Assembly: GCA_902590345.1 (NCBI GenBank)
Contig: CACIWK010000001.1
Span: 40,341-104,340 of the forward strand
DNA: 64,000 nucleotides
Origin: an uncultured Pelagibacteraceae bacterium
GTDB taxonomy: Bacteria; Pseudomonadota; Alphaproteobacteria; Pelagibacterales; AG-422-B15
Direction: 5' to 3'
Program-made: the position numbers and the translations under genes
In this document: positions 41,656 to 50,890 of the stretch, piece by piece
Layout: each line of letters begins with the position of its first letter
Numbering within the stretch: position 1 is the stretch's first letter
The notes under the pieces: generated by a model
Told to the model about the DNA's origin: nothing
Database searches by the model: none
What the model saw: the letters and a program-made list of their open reading frames with translations, nothing else

Positions 41656-43044
41656 TTAATTCAAAATTTCATTTAATGCTGTCATCAGGTCAGAGCGATT
41701 AATTGTTTGTTGTCCAGCTTTTGCCTCTTTCCATTTGTCTCTATCGACAATATCTTTTGAAACCTCTTTACCTTTATTTAAATCCTTAATTGATATTTCA
41801 CCCTTTTTTAATTCTTCATCACCAGCAATGATCACAATATCTGCACCTTTGCGATCGCAATACTTTAATTGCTTTCCAAGGTTTTTAGATCCAAATGATA
41901 TTTCACATGCAATACCTTCATTTCTAATTTCTTTAGCCATTGAAATATAATCCGGCATATTTTGATTATCTAAATTTGCAATTACCACTAATGGATTTTT
42001 CTTATTATCTAAAAGGTCTAATTGATTTAACGCCACAATTAATCTATCTACACCTATAGATATACCAGTAGCTGGAACATCCTCTTTCCCAAATCTTGAA
42101 ATAAGTCTGTCATATCTTCCACCGCCAGCAACTGATCCAAATACAATTTTTTCACCTTTCTCATTTTTAATATCAACAAGAAGCTCTGCTTCAAAAATCA
42201 TTCCAGTGTAATAGTCGAGACCTCGAACAACTGATGAGTCAAAACGAATTGGATAATCTGGGAAATTTTTTATATAGGAGTTGAATTCTTCCATCTGGGC
42301 GTTTGATTGGTTTGAATTGGTTATAAAAGAAATAATTTTATCAGCATCTGTCTCGCTTAAGCCCACGCCCTCCATAAAGTCACCAGATACATCTTTTCTT
42401 CCTTTTTGAAGCAACTCATTAACGCCCTCTATACCTAATCGATCTTTTTTATCTACTGCTCTAAGAATTTTTGGCAAATCGTCCTCTTTAACATCTAAGT
42501 TCGAAAAAAGTTCTGTCCAAATTTCCCTATTTGAAAACTTTATTTCAAATTGTGAAGTATTTAGGCCAAGGTTAATTAAAATATCACATACCATTACACA
42601 CAGCTCTGCATCAATTAGTGTTGAATCAACTCCCACCACGTCAGCATCAAACTGAAAAAATTCTCTGTATCTACCTGGTCCTGGTTTTTCATTTCTCCAA
42701 ACTAGTCCTGATTGATAACGTTTAAATGGCTTAACGAGGTCTTGATAATTTTGAGCTACGTATCTTGCTAAGGGGGCCGTTAAGTCATATCTCAGTGATA
42801 GCCATTTCTCATCATCGTCTTGAAATGAAAATACACCTCCACTAGGCCTGTCTACATCAGGAAGAAACTTGCCAATGCTCTCAGTATATTCAATTGTGGA
42901 TGTATCTAATTCAATAAATCCATACTTTAGACATTCCTTCTCTATTATCTTAGAAACTTTTTTTCTAAGATTTAAAATTTCAATGTCACTGTCTTTAAAA
43001 CCCTTCGGCAAAATTGCCTTTGGATTATTTTTAATTTTACTCAT
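41656..43044 (-). CDS. hisS: Histidine-tRNA ligase
   Basis: 462 aa. LRYDLTAPLARY, RYREFFQFDADVVG, GGGRYD, and a C-terminal anticodon-binding domain. Confidence 0.9.
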   Translation of the reverse strand: MSKIKNNPKAILPKGFKDSDIEILNLRKKVSKIIEKECLKYGFIELDTSTIEYTESIGKFLPDVDRPSGGVFSFQDDDEKWLSLRYDLTAPLARYVAQNYQDLVKPFKRYQSGLVWRNEKPGPGRYREFFQFDADVVGVDSTLIDAELCVMVCDILINLGLNTSQFEIKFSNREIWTELFSNLDVKEDDLPKILRAVDKKDRLGIEGVNELLQKGRKDVSGDFMEGVGLSETDADKIISFITNSNQSNAQMEEFNSYIKNFPDYPIRFDSSVVRGLDYYTGMIFEAELLVDIKNEKGEKIVFGSVAGGGRYDRLISRFGKEDVPATGISIGVDRLIVALNQLDLLDNKKNPLVVIANLDNQNMPDYISMAKEIRNEGIACEISFGSKNLGKQLKYCDRKGADIVIIAGDEELKKGEISIKDLNKGKEVSKDIVDRDKWKEAKAGQQTINRSDLMTALNEILN

Positions 43045-43151
43045 TTTACTCCCACTGTAAGTAAGATACTACAAAGTGTGTTTATTTAATATAAAAAGGG
43101 GTTATTGCCCGCTGATTTTTTTTTTCAGCGAACTCAGATATGATAGTGATG

Positions 43152-43169
43152 ATGTTTAAATTTAAACAT
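43152..43169. promoter_or_regulatory. Perfect 18-bp palindrome in the hisS/MFS divergent spacer (possible operator)
   Basis: ATGTTTAAATTTAAACAT is exactly self-complementary and lies 95 nt upstream of the MFS start. It is AT-only, so a chance occurrence is not excluded. Confidence 0.25.
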
Positions 43170-43263
43170 GAAGCTGAAATGTCTTATTTATTAATAAAAG
43201 TCAAATAATTTTAAATTTTTCTTAAAGTTTATAATAATTGCACTATTTTTATCGAAAGTAGTT

Positions 43264-44454
43264 ATGGAAAATGATAGCAAATTAACAGTCACGTATGCCG
43301 CCTTAGGTCACTTACTAATGCATATGTTTGCTGCATTCTATTTTGTTATAGTTCTAGCAATTGAAGACGACTGGAAGCTTAGCTACGATGAATTACTAAA
43401 TCTTTGGTTTTTAGGATCTTTACTTGTGGGTTTGGGAGCCCTTCCTGCTGGATGGATCAGTGACAGATGGAGTCGTTCTGGAATGATTGCAATTATGTTC
43501 ATTGGCTTGGGAATTAGTTCATTATTATGTGGCTTGAGCGGAAATAAAGTTTCTTTATTTATCAGTTTATCATTGCTTGGATTGTTTTGCGCTATCTATC
43601 ACCCCGCTGGAATTTCATGGGTTGTTAACACTTCAAAGGAAACTGGTAAAGCGCTTGGCTTTAATAATATTTTTGGGGGAGTAGGTATTGGATTAGGTGC
43701 CTTTTTTGCGGGTGTATTAATTGAACAATTTAATTGGCAAGCTGCCTTTATGCTACCCGGATTGATCTCATTAGTAGTTGGACTAAGTCTAACCTATCAT
43801 CTTAAATCAGGAAAAATATCATTAAAGAATATATCTTCAGAGCAGTTTAGAGATAATCCTGAAAAAAATCAGATGCTAAAAATTGCAATTATTATGCTGT
43901 TAAGTATTACAAGTTTGAGCTTTGTTTATCAAATTCTTCAGACAAGTCTTCCAAAGGCAATTGATATCAGACTTACTGATAGTCTTGATTTATCTACTTC
44001 AGATATCGGCTACATAGTTGCCGCGATATATATTGTAAGTGGTTTAATGAATTATGTTGGAGGTATTTTAACAGATAAATATTCTGAAAAGCTGATTTAT
44101 TCAATTGGAATAGTTGGCCAAGGACTCCTCTTACTCTTAATTGTTAGTCTTTCAAATTACTGGTTAATTGCAATAAGTCTTGCAATCGTTGCTTTTAATT
44201 CAAGTATACTGCCTGCAGAAAATTTATTACTTGCAAAATTTTCACCTGAAAAATATCAAAGCCTAGTCTACGGTATTAAATTTATTGTATCATTTACAGT
44301 TGGTCCTATTGCACTGATCATGATTTCGAGAAGCTATGATTTAACGGGTGAATTTGGTGTACTCTACTTAGCTTTTGGGTTTGTGATGATAATTATGTTT
44401 CTGATTGTATTAACTCTACCTGTAAAAAAAGTAATTACTGGTACAGCTGGGTAG
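43264..44454 (+). CDS. MFS transporter
   Basis: 396 aa, about 12 TM segments. MFS loop motif GWISDRWSRSG between TM2 and TM3. Confidence 0.8.
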   Translation: MENDSKLTVTYAALGHLLMHMFAAFYFVIVLAIEDDWKLSYDELLNLWFLGSLLVGLGALPAGWISDRWSRSGMIAIMFIGLGISSLLCGLSGNKVSLFISLSLLGLFCAIYHPAGISWVVNTSKETGKALGFNNIFGGVGIGLGAFFAGVLIEQFNWQAAFMLPGLISLVVGLSLTYHLKSGKISLKNISSEQFRDNPEKNQMLKIAIIMLLSITSLSFVYQILQTSLPKAIDIRLTDSLDLSTSDIGYIVAAIYIVSGLMNYVGGILTDKYSEKLIYSIGIVGQGLLLLLIVSLSNYWLIAISLAIVAFNSSILPAENLLLAKFSPEKYQSLVYGIKFIVSFTVGPIALIMISRSYDLTGEFGVLYLAFGFVMIIMFLIVLTLPVKKVITGTAG

Positions 44455-44515
44455 ATTCGAACTACCGACCTCCTGAACCACAACCAGGCGCTCTAACCAA
44501 CTGAGCTACAGCTGC
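44439..44515 (-). tRNA. tRNA-His (GTG) with encoded CCA and no G-1
   Basis: The reverse strand reads GCAGCTG TA GCTC AGTTGGTTA GAGC G CCTGG TTGTGGT TCAGG AGGTC GGTAG TTCGAAT CTACC CAGCTGT ACCA. The cloverleaf folds and the anticodon is GTG. The base 5' of G1 is T. The 3' end overlaps the MFS stop region by 16 nt on the opposite strand. Confidence 0.9.
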
Positions 44516-44520
44516 ATAAG

Positions 44521-44596
44521 TGGTGGCTCGAGGTGGAATTGAACCACCGACACAAGGATTTTCAGTCCTTTGCTCTACCAACTGAGCTATCGAGCC
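44521..44596 (-). tRNA. tRNA-Phe (GAA) with encoded CCA
   Basis: The reverse strand reads GGCTCGA TA GCTC AGTTGGTA GAGC A AAGGA CTGAAAA TCCTT GTGTC GGTGG TTCAATT CCACC TCGAGCC ACCA. Confidence 0.92.
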
Positions 44597-44665
44597 ATTT
44601 AATTAGTGATCCTAGTCTTTTATTCTATAACATTAATTCGTGCAAAGAAAATATTCTGAATACAG

Positions 44666-45022
44666 TTAATCCAGAAAAACCTTTAATCTACTGATTAATT
44701 GGTCAACATTATCAAATGAATTCATCTCATGGGAATTAATTATTAATTTAAATTCATCCTTCTCATTAATAAAAACACATGGTAGCTCTGTTTTCTCATC
44801 AACAAAATCAAGTTCTTTTAGATGATCAATATAGTAAAATCGGCTATGTGCATTTATATTATTAAGAAATTCTTTCCACTTTATTTCTTTACCTAAATTA
44901 TTGTATGTAATTGAGCATAAGTTGCAGTCATAAGTTTTTGGCGATATTATTTTATGCGCCCAATCTATAAAGGTATTTCCGATGCCACTTTTTGCATTAT
45001 AAATAAAAATTAATTCAGTCAT
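44666..45022 (-). CDS. Hypothetical 118-aa protein with a CxxC motif (possibly thioredoxin-like fold)
   Basis: A beta-alpha start (LIFIYNAKSG) precedes YDCNLCSITY. Its start overlaps the maf stop by 4 nt, placing it in the infA-maf operon. I recognise no family. Confidence 0.4.
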   Translation of the reverse strand: MTELIFIYNAKSGIGNTFIDWAHKIISPKTYDCNLCSITYNNLGKEIKWKEFLNNINAHSRFYYIDHLKELDFVDEKTELPCVFINEKDEFKLIINSHEMNSFDNVDQLISRLKVFLD

Positions 45023-45585
45023 TTATATCCAGCTGAAATAAGGAGATTTTTGACTTCAAATAAGGGTAAACCGACTACATTTGAGTAAGATCCATTTAGG
45101 GATTTGATAAAAGACACTGCCATCCCTTGAATTTTATATGACCCTGCAACACCTTGCCAGTCATTAGTTTTCATATAATCTTCTATATCTTGACTGCTTA
45201 ATACTTTAAAACTAACAAGTGTCGTAACGGTTTTTTTAAATATTCTATTTTCTAGATTTCTTATACAAATGGAAGTGCTGACTCTATGTCTTTTTCCCGA
45301 TAGTCGAAGTAAGTTTTTATAAGCAGTATTTTCGTCATCTGTTTTATCTATGAGTTTTCTACCAGTATAGGCAATCGTATCAGCAGTTAAAATTACTGAG
45401 TCTTTATACTTATTTTGAAAATGTTTTAGTTTCTCATGTGCTATACGTTTACAATATTGAAGAGGTAGCTCATTACTTTTAATGGACTCATCTATATTTG
45501 GGGAAACTATCTCACTTGGATTAATGTTAAGTTTTGCCAATAACTCAAGTCTTCGTGGAGATGCGCTGCCTAGAATTAGCTTCAA
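45019..45585 (-). CDS. maf: Maf-like nucleoside triphosphate pyrophosphatase
   Basis: 188 aa. LILGSASPRR..LL, ADT, and GAGSYKIQG-like GVAGSYKIQG. Confidence 0.85.
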   Translation of the reverse strand: MKLILGSASPRRLELLAKLNINPSEIVSPNIDESIKSNELPLQYCKRIAHEKLKHFQNKYKDSVILTADTIAYTGRKLIDKTDDENTAYKNLLRLSGKRHRVSTSICIRNLENRIFKKTVTTLVSFKVLSSQDIEDYMKTNDWQGVAGSYKIQGMAVSFIKSLNGSYSNVVGLPLFEVKNLLISAGYK

Positions 45586-45597
45586 AATAATCTCAAA

Positions 45598-45816
45598 CTA
45601 CTTATATCGAAATATTATTCTGCCTTTGGTTAGATCGTAAGGTGTAACCTGAACAAGAACCTCATCCCCGGCAAGTACTCTGATTCTATTTTTTCTCATT
45701 CTTCCTGCTGTATGTGCTAATACTTCATGGCCATTTTCTAACTCTACTTTAAACATTGCGTTGGGAAGCAAATCTGTAACCTTACCCTTGAACTCTAGTA
45801 TTTCTTCTTTTGACAT
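45598..45816 (-). CDS. infA: Translation initiation factor IF-1
   Basis: 72 aa. [35 protein letters not shown]. Confidence 0.95.
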   Translation of the reverse strand: MSKEEILEFKGKVTDLLPNAMFKVELENGHEVLAHTAGRMRKNRIRVLAGDEVLVQVTPYDLTKGRIIFRYK

Positions 45817-45819
45817 AAA

Positions 45820-47115
45820 TTATTTTTTTGTAATCCTATATTCTATTGATCTTGAATGCCCGTCAAGACCTTCATTATCTGCGATTTTAATAGCACTATC
45901 TCCAACTTGTTCAATACCTTCTTTTGAAAATTCAACAAGTGATATTTTTTTGAGAAAATCAAAAACAGATAGTCCAGAAGAAAATTTAGCACTTCTAGAA
46001 GTGGGAAGTACATGGCTTGGACCTGCTAAATAGTCTCCAAGTGCCTCAGGTGTGTTACGGCCCATAAAAACTGCTCCAGCATTTTTTATTCTTTTAAGAA
46101 TATCTTCCGGATTATCAACTAATAATTCCAAGTGTTCTGGTGCTAATTTATTAGATAATAAAACAGCTTCTTCAAGATTTTGAGTGATAATTATCTTTCC
46201 ATTATTTTCCCAGCTTGAAGCCGCTATATCCTTTCGAGGAAGGGAGTCTATCTGCTTCTCAACTTCTTTATTTACAGCATCTCCTAATTTCTGATCGGTT
46301 GTTAAAAGTATACTTTGTGCGCTTTGGTCATGTTCAGCTTGAGCAATGAGGTCGGCTGCAACAATTTTTGGATCATTTTTTTCATCAGCAATAATGACTA
46401 CCTCTGATGGGCCGGCAAACATATCGATGCCTATGAAACCTGAAACTTGTCTTTTTGCTTCAGCAACATAAATATTGCCTGGTCCAACAATTTTATTAAC
46501 AGATTTTATGGTCTTGGTTCCATATGCCAGAGCAGCAACAGCCTGGGCACCTCCTATACAGTATATTTTTTTTATTCCACAAATTTTTGCGGCATATAAC
46601 ACTGAAGAACTTATAGCGGTATTAGTCATTGGTGTAACCATGGTGATATCTTCAACACCGGCTACAACCGCTGGTATCGTGTTCATAATTACTGTACTTG
46701 GATAACTTGCAGTACCACCTGGGACATAAACACCCACTGACTCAACTGGACGCCAAACATATCCTAACTTTGAGTTAAGATTGTCTTCATAAACTAAATC
46801 ATTCGGTAATTGCTTTTCATGATAAGTGCGAACACGATCCATTGATACTTTAAGCGCATCACAAAGATCACTCGGCACGTCACGTGATTGCCTTTCAATT
46901 TCATCTTCTTCAAGCAGTATGTTGTTAATATCAAGGCTATTTTTATCAAATTGATGAGTATATTTCAAAAGCGCTTCATCTCCGTTTTTTCTAATATCGT
47001 CAATGATCGCTGCCACAGTCTGAGTAACGTCAGAGTCACTTGATCTGTTCATTGTGAGAAAATTATTAAAATCATTCTCAAAATTTTGATCTACAGAATT
47101 AATTATTTTTGTCAT
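45820..47115 (-). CDS. hisD: Histidinol dehydrogenase
   Basis: 431 aa. VYVPGGTASYPSTV, QAEHD, and GDYLAGPSHVLPT. Confidence 0.92.
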   Translation of the reverse strand: MTKIINSVDQNFENDFNNFLTMNRSSDSDVTQTVAAIIDDIRKNGDEALLKYTHQFDKNSLDINNILLEEDEIERQSRDVPSDLCDALKVSMDRVRTYHEKQLPNDLVYEDNLNSKLGYVWRPVESVGVYVPGGTASYPSTVIMNTIPAVVAGVEDITMVTPMTNTAISSSVLYAAKICGIKKIYCIGGAQAVAALAYGTKTIKSVNKIVGPGNIYVAEAKRQVSGFIGIDMFAGPSEVVIIADEKNDPKIVAADLIAQAEHDQSAQSILLTTDQKLGDAVNKEVEKQIDSLPRKDIAASSWENNGKIIITQNLEEAVLLSNKLAPEHLELLVDNPEDILKRIKNAGAVFMGRNTPEALGDYLAGPSHVLPTSRSAKFSSGLSVFDFLKKISLVEFSKEGIEQVGDSAIKIADNEGLDGHSRSIEYRITKK

Positions 47116-47521
47116 TCTCTATTTTTTCAATATTCCAGGGTTCGCCCTGATCTTCTAACTTGCATCTTATTATTTCAGTTTCGAGCTTTATAATTGCATC
47201 ATTTTTGAAAAGCAATTCAATTTCTATATTTTTAGAATTGTTAGGATAATAATTAAAAGTTACGAGTTCTAGTGTCTTATTTTTGTTCAATTGATCTATA
47301 TTTTTTGAGTAAACCGATAAAACATCTTCAAAGCTTAGTACTGCTTTTATTCTTTGATCTACTTTATTTACTATTTTTTCCTCCCACATAAATCTAGTAA
47401 TCATAAGAAAAAATGACCTAATTGATGGCAAATATTTGATATCGTTTACTTCAATAAGTCCGTCTTGAAGTATGGTTGAGATAATTTTTAGCTCGTCAGT
47501 ATCAATTGCATTAAGATTCAT
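47099..47521 (-). CDS. DUF2948-like conserved alphaproteobacterial protein
   Basis: 140 aa. LKIISTILQDGLIEVNDIKYLPSIRSFFLMITRFMWE. It lies between murA and hisD, as I recall for this family. Confidence 0.55.
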   Translation of the reverse strand: MNLNAIDTDELKIISTILQDGLIEVNDIKYLPSIRSFFLMITRFMWEEKIVNKVDQRIKAVLSFEDVLSVYSKNIDQLNKNKTLELVTFNYYPNNSKNIEIELLFKNDAIIKLETEIIRCKLEDQGEPWNIEKIENDKNN

Positions 47522-47526
47522 TTAAC

Positions 47527-48789
47527 CTAATTTATTCTCCGAATATCTGCACCACAAGCTTGCAATTTTTTCTCTATTTTCTCATAACCTCGATCAAGAT
47601 GATAAATTCGGTTCAATGTTGTTTCACCTTTAGCAACCAATCCAGCTAAAATTAAACTTACCGAGGCCCGTAAATCAGTTGCCATGACTTGAGCTGAAAT
47701 AAACCCTTTGCATGGATTAATAACTGCTGTTTTCCCATTGGTTTCAATATTAGCGCCCATACGGTTTAGTTCTGGAACATGCATGAATCTGTTTTCAAAA
47801 ATATTTTCAGTTATTTGTGATTTAGATTTTCCAAGAGATAATAAGACCATCATTTGTGCTTGTACATCAGTAGGGAACCCTGGATATTCCATTGTATTAA
47901 TATCAATACCATCAGAGATCTCGGATTGATTAACAACAATGCTATTCTCACCCATTGAGTAATTAATAGATAGCTCATTCAATAATTCCAATACATTGCT
48001 GATATGCTCAAGGTTCAGATTTGTAATCTTGAGATCGTTACCAATTATAGTTCCTCCAATTATATATGTGATTGCCTCTATGCGATCAGGGATAATTGAG
48101 TGGACAGTACCTTGGAGTTGATCAACACCTTGAATGTGAACATTTCTATTTTCTCCTAATTCAATTTTAGCACCCATTTTATTAAGACAGTCTATAAGAT
48201 CCATAACCTCAGGCTCGACTGCGATATTCCTAATTTCACTTTCTCCTTTAGCAAGCGATGCAGCCATAATTATGTTTTCAGTAGCTCCTACTGATACTTT
48301 TGAAAAATTAATTTCATTTCCTTTTAAGCCATTAGGAGCGCTACATTTAATATATCCACCATCTAATTCAAATGCTGCGCCAAGTTTCGTCAATGCATCT
48401 ATGTGCAAATTTACTGGTCGAGCACCTATTGCGCACCCCCCTGGAAGAGATACGCTAGCGTGTCTTTTGCGTGCAAGTAATGGCCCAAGGACTAATATAC
48501 TAGCCCTCATCTTTCTAACTAAATCGTACTCCGCTATTGTACTTTCAGAGTCTGAATAACAAAGTGTAAGACGATTTGTTTTAGCATCATTTTTTGTAAC
48601 ATTGACACCAAGCGATGATAAAACTGCTGACATTGTATTTACATCAACTAAATCTGGTACGTTTTCGAGTTCTAAATCTTCATTAGTAAGAATACTTGCA
48701 GCCATTATTGGGAGAGATGCATTTTTTGATCCACTTACAGGGACAGAACCCTGGAGAAGGTTTCCTCCATTTATCAATATTTTTTGCAT
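47527..48789 (-). CDS. murA: UDP-N-acetylglucosamine 1-carboxyvinyltransferase
   Basis: 420 aa. SGSKNASLPIMAA, active-site LPGGCAIGARPV, and FPTD. Confidence 0.95.
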   Translation of the reverse strand: MQKILINGGNLLQGSVPVSGSKNASLPIMAASILTNEDLELENVPDLVDVNTMSAVLSSLGVNVTKNDAKTNRLTLCYSDSESTIAEYDLVRKMRASILVLGPLLARKRHASVSLPGGCAIGARPVNLHIDALTKLGAAFELDGGYIKCSAPNGLKGNEINFSKVSVGATENIIMAASLAKGESEIRNIAVEPEVMDLIDCLNKMGAKIELGENRNVHIQGVDQLQGTVHSIIPDRIEAITYIIGGTIIGNDLKITNLNLEHISNVLELLNELSINYSMGENSIVVNQSEISDGIDINTMEYPGFPTDVQAQMMVLLSLGKSKSQITENIFENRFMHVPELNRMGANIETNGKTAVINPCKGFISAQVMATDLRASVSLILAGLVAKGETTLNRIYHLDRGYEKIEKKLQACGADIRRIN

Positions 48790-48796
48790 GAACGAT

Positions 48797-49351
48797 TTAA
48801 AGCTTAGGTAAAGTAACCCCTTTTTGCATCATATATTTACCTTTACGATCTTTATATGAAACTTCTGGTGGCGCTTCTCCCTTATAGAATAAAAACTGGC
48901 ACGCTCCCTCATTTGCATAAATTTTTGCAGGTAATGGAGTTGTGTTAGAAAATTCTAAAGTTACGTGACCCTCCCACTCTGGCTCAAGAGGAGTAACATT
49001 TACGATAATACCACATCTTGCATAAGTTGATTTTCCCAAACAAATTACAAGAACATCACGAGGAATTCTAAAATACTCAACGGTTCTTGCTAATGCAAAT
49101 GAGTTAGGTGGAATTATGCATTCTTTGCCAGGCCGATCTACAAACCCTTTATCATCAAAGTTTTTTGGATCAACTAAAGCAGAGTCTACATTGGTGAAAA
49201 TCTTAAATTCTTCTGAAACCCTTGCATCGTACCCATATGATGAAAGGCCAAATGAAATTGTACCTTCTTTTTTTTGCCCATCAACGAACGGTTCAATCAT
49301 TCCTTCTTCTAAGGCTTTTTTCTTTATCCAGTTATCCGACATGATTGTCAT
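48797..49351 (-). CDS. dcd: dCTP deaminase
   Basis: 184 aa. [20 protein letters not shown], and [10 protein letters not shown]. Confidence 0.9.
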   Translation of the reverse strand: MTIMSDNWIKKKALEEGMIEPFVDGQKKEGTISFGLSSYGYDARVSEEFKIFTNVDSALVDPKNFDDKGFVDRPGKECIIPPNSFALARTVEYFRIPRDVLVICLGKSTYARCGIIVNVTPLEPEWEGHVTLEFSNTTPLPAKIYANEGACQFLFYKGEAPPEVSYKDRKGKYMMQKGVTLPKL

Positions 49352-49446
49352 ATTAATCTTCTTTCTTTAGCCTTCTTTGAAACTCTTTCCTTTTTCTTAA
49401 ATTTTGCCTTAGTGCCTCAGCAAGCCTTTCTGTGCTGTCGAGCTTT

Positions 49447-49635
49447 TTATCCTTTTGCTCTTCCTTCGAGGAATTGTTTGATTTCATCTTTATTTAATCC
49501 TGCTTTTTTTAATTCTTTGATGAGCTTTTCTTCTTCTTTTTTATCCGTGTTATCTGAAAACTTAGCCTCACGTTTCTGCTGCTTGGCCATTGCTCTCTCC
49601 CCACGTTTTGATTTATAATCGTGATGAATACCCAT
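49447..49635 (-). CDS. Small, highly charged 62-aa protein of unknown function
   Basis: I chose the start at ATG 49635, which lies 6 nt after GGAG. The translation is MGIHHDYKSKRGERAMAKQQKREAKFSDNTDKKEEEKLIKELKKAGLNKDEIKQFLEGRAKG. Confidence 0.4.
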   Translation of the reverse strand: MGIHHDYKSKRGERAMAKQQKREAKFSDNTDKKEEEKLIKELKKAGLNKDEIKQFLEGRAKG

Positions 49636-49720
49636 AATTAACTCCATGAATTGCGCTACTTTATACAATATTTAATGGATTCTCTAGTAAAAACAAGGGA
49701 CGCTCATTCCCAGTTATCTG

Positions 49721-50890
49721 CTACTCTTTTATGAATAAATCGCTTGAGAAATCTGAAAACTTTTCTGAGCCACTTTCTGTAACACGTAATGAGTGACTTG
49801 CCTCTACTCCCCAATCACCAAATTGCATAACAGCAATCATATGAAAGGTTACATTTGGTAGTAAAATAGTTGGATTACCTTTTGATATGTTTATTGTGTG
49901 CTCACCCCAATCAGGTGGATAACCAATTCCAATGGAGTATCCAGTCCGAGATTCCTTTTTGATATCGTATTTATCTAATACTGCCCAAAATTTTTGCGCA
50001 ACATCATCTGCTGTATTGCCTGGCTTTATGGCTGATATACCCTCATTTAGCGCCTCATTAGTTGCATTTATGGCGTCAATTTTTTTTTGTTCTGCTTTTC
50101 CAAGCAGAACTGTTCTTGCAAGTGGTGCATGGTACCTTTTATAAACACCGGCAATTTCAATTATTGTTGCTTCGCCCTTAACAAATCTTTCCTGTGTAGC
50201 CGTTAGATGTGAGGCAGAAGTCCCAGCTCCAGTTGGAAGTAAAGTTGCTATACTTGAATATTCTCCTCCATACTCTGGAGTACCATAAAACATTGCTTTC
50301 TGTATCTCTCCAACTGCATCACATTGTCTAACACCTGGATTGATAACATCAATTGCAGTTTGCATTGATTTATCAGTAATTAAAGCAGCGTTTTTCATTA
50401 GATCAATTTCTGCATCTGATTTCACAAATCGTACCCAATTCACAAGGCGCTCACAATCTTTCAGCGTGGCATCAGGAAGCCCATCTAATAATTTTTTATA
50501 ACAAAATGCCGTGAAATAATGGCTGTCCATTTCAAGTCCAATTGAAAGTTTGTCCCAATTTTTATTTTTAATTATTTCAATCAAATAATCATAAGGATGA
50601 TTTGGCCATGTATGTATATATTTCTCAGCGTAAACAATTATATTTTCTTGTGACCAGCAGTTTTGAAGGAATGCCCCTCCAGCATCTTGATCACGTACGA
50701 AAAGTAAAGGTTCTTCTGAGTCTACATGTATAATTACACATTGAGCATAATAAAAAGACCATGCATCATAACCGGTAAGGTAATTTATGTTTGCTGTATC
50801 TTGAGAGACTAATAAATCAATACCCTTTTCTTGCATTGATTTTTTTACTTTATTTAGTCTTTCAATATACTCACTTTTAGAAAATATCAT
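49721..50890 (-). CDS. M24 family metallohydrolase (creatinase / Xaa-Pro peptidase / ectoine-hydrolase-like)
   Basis: 389 aa. A creatinase-type N-domain (NINYLTGYD) precedes a pita-bread C-domain (GVRQCDAVG, IEIAGVYKRYHAPLART, GYSIGIGYPP). Confidence 0.7.
   Translation of the reverse strand: MIFSKSEYIERLNKVKKSMQEKGIDLLVSQDTANINYLTGYDAWSFYYAQCVIIHVDSEEPLLFVRDQDAGGAFLQNCWSQENIIVYAEKYIHTWPNHPYDYLIEIIKNKNWDKLSIGLEMDSHYFTAFCYKKLLDGLPDATLKDCERLVNWVRFVKSDAEIDLMKNAALITDKSMQTAIDVINPGVRQCDAVGEIQKAMFYGTPEYGGEYSSIATLLPTGAGTSASHLTATQERFVKGEATIIEIAGVYKRYHAPLARTVLLGKAEQKKIDAINATNEALNEGISAIKPGNTADDVAQKFWAVLDKYDIKKESRTGYSIGIGYPPDWGEHTINISKGNPTILLPNVTFHMIAVMQFGDWGVEASHSLRVTESGSEKFSDFSSDLFIKE

Noticed and set aside
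44604-44625. AATGTTATAGAATAA (reverse strand), resembling a Zur-box half-site upstream of the tRNA pair
   Set aside because: Only the left half-site (AATGTTAT) is present and no ATAACA follows at the N3 spacing. A single 8-mer in AT-rich DNA is not evidence.
44439-44665. tRNA-His/tRNA-Phe pair as a possible genomic-island integration site
   Set aside because: There is no integrase, no direct repeat of a tRNA 3' end, and no compositional shift on either side. The flanks are an MFS transporter and the conserved infA-maf block.
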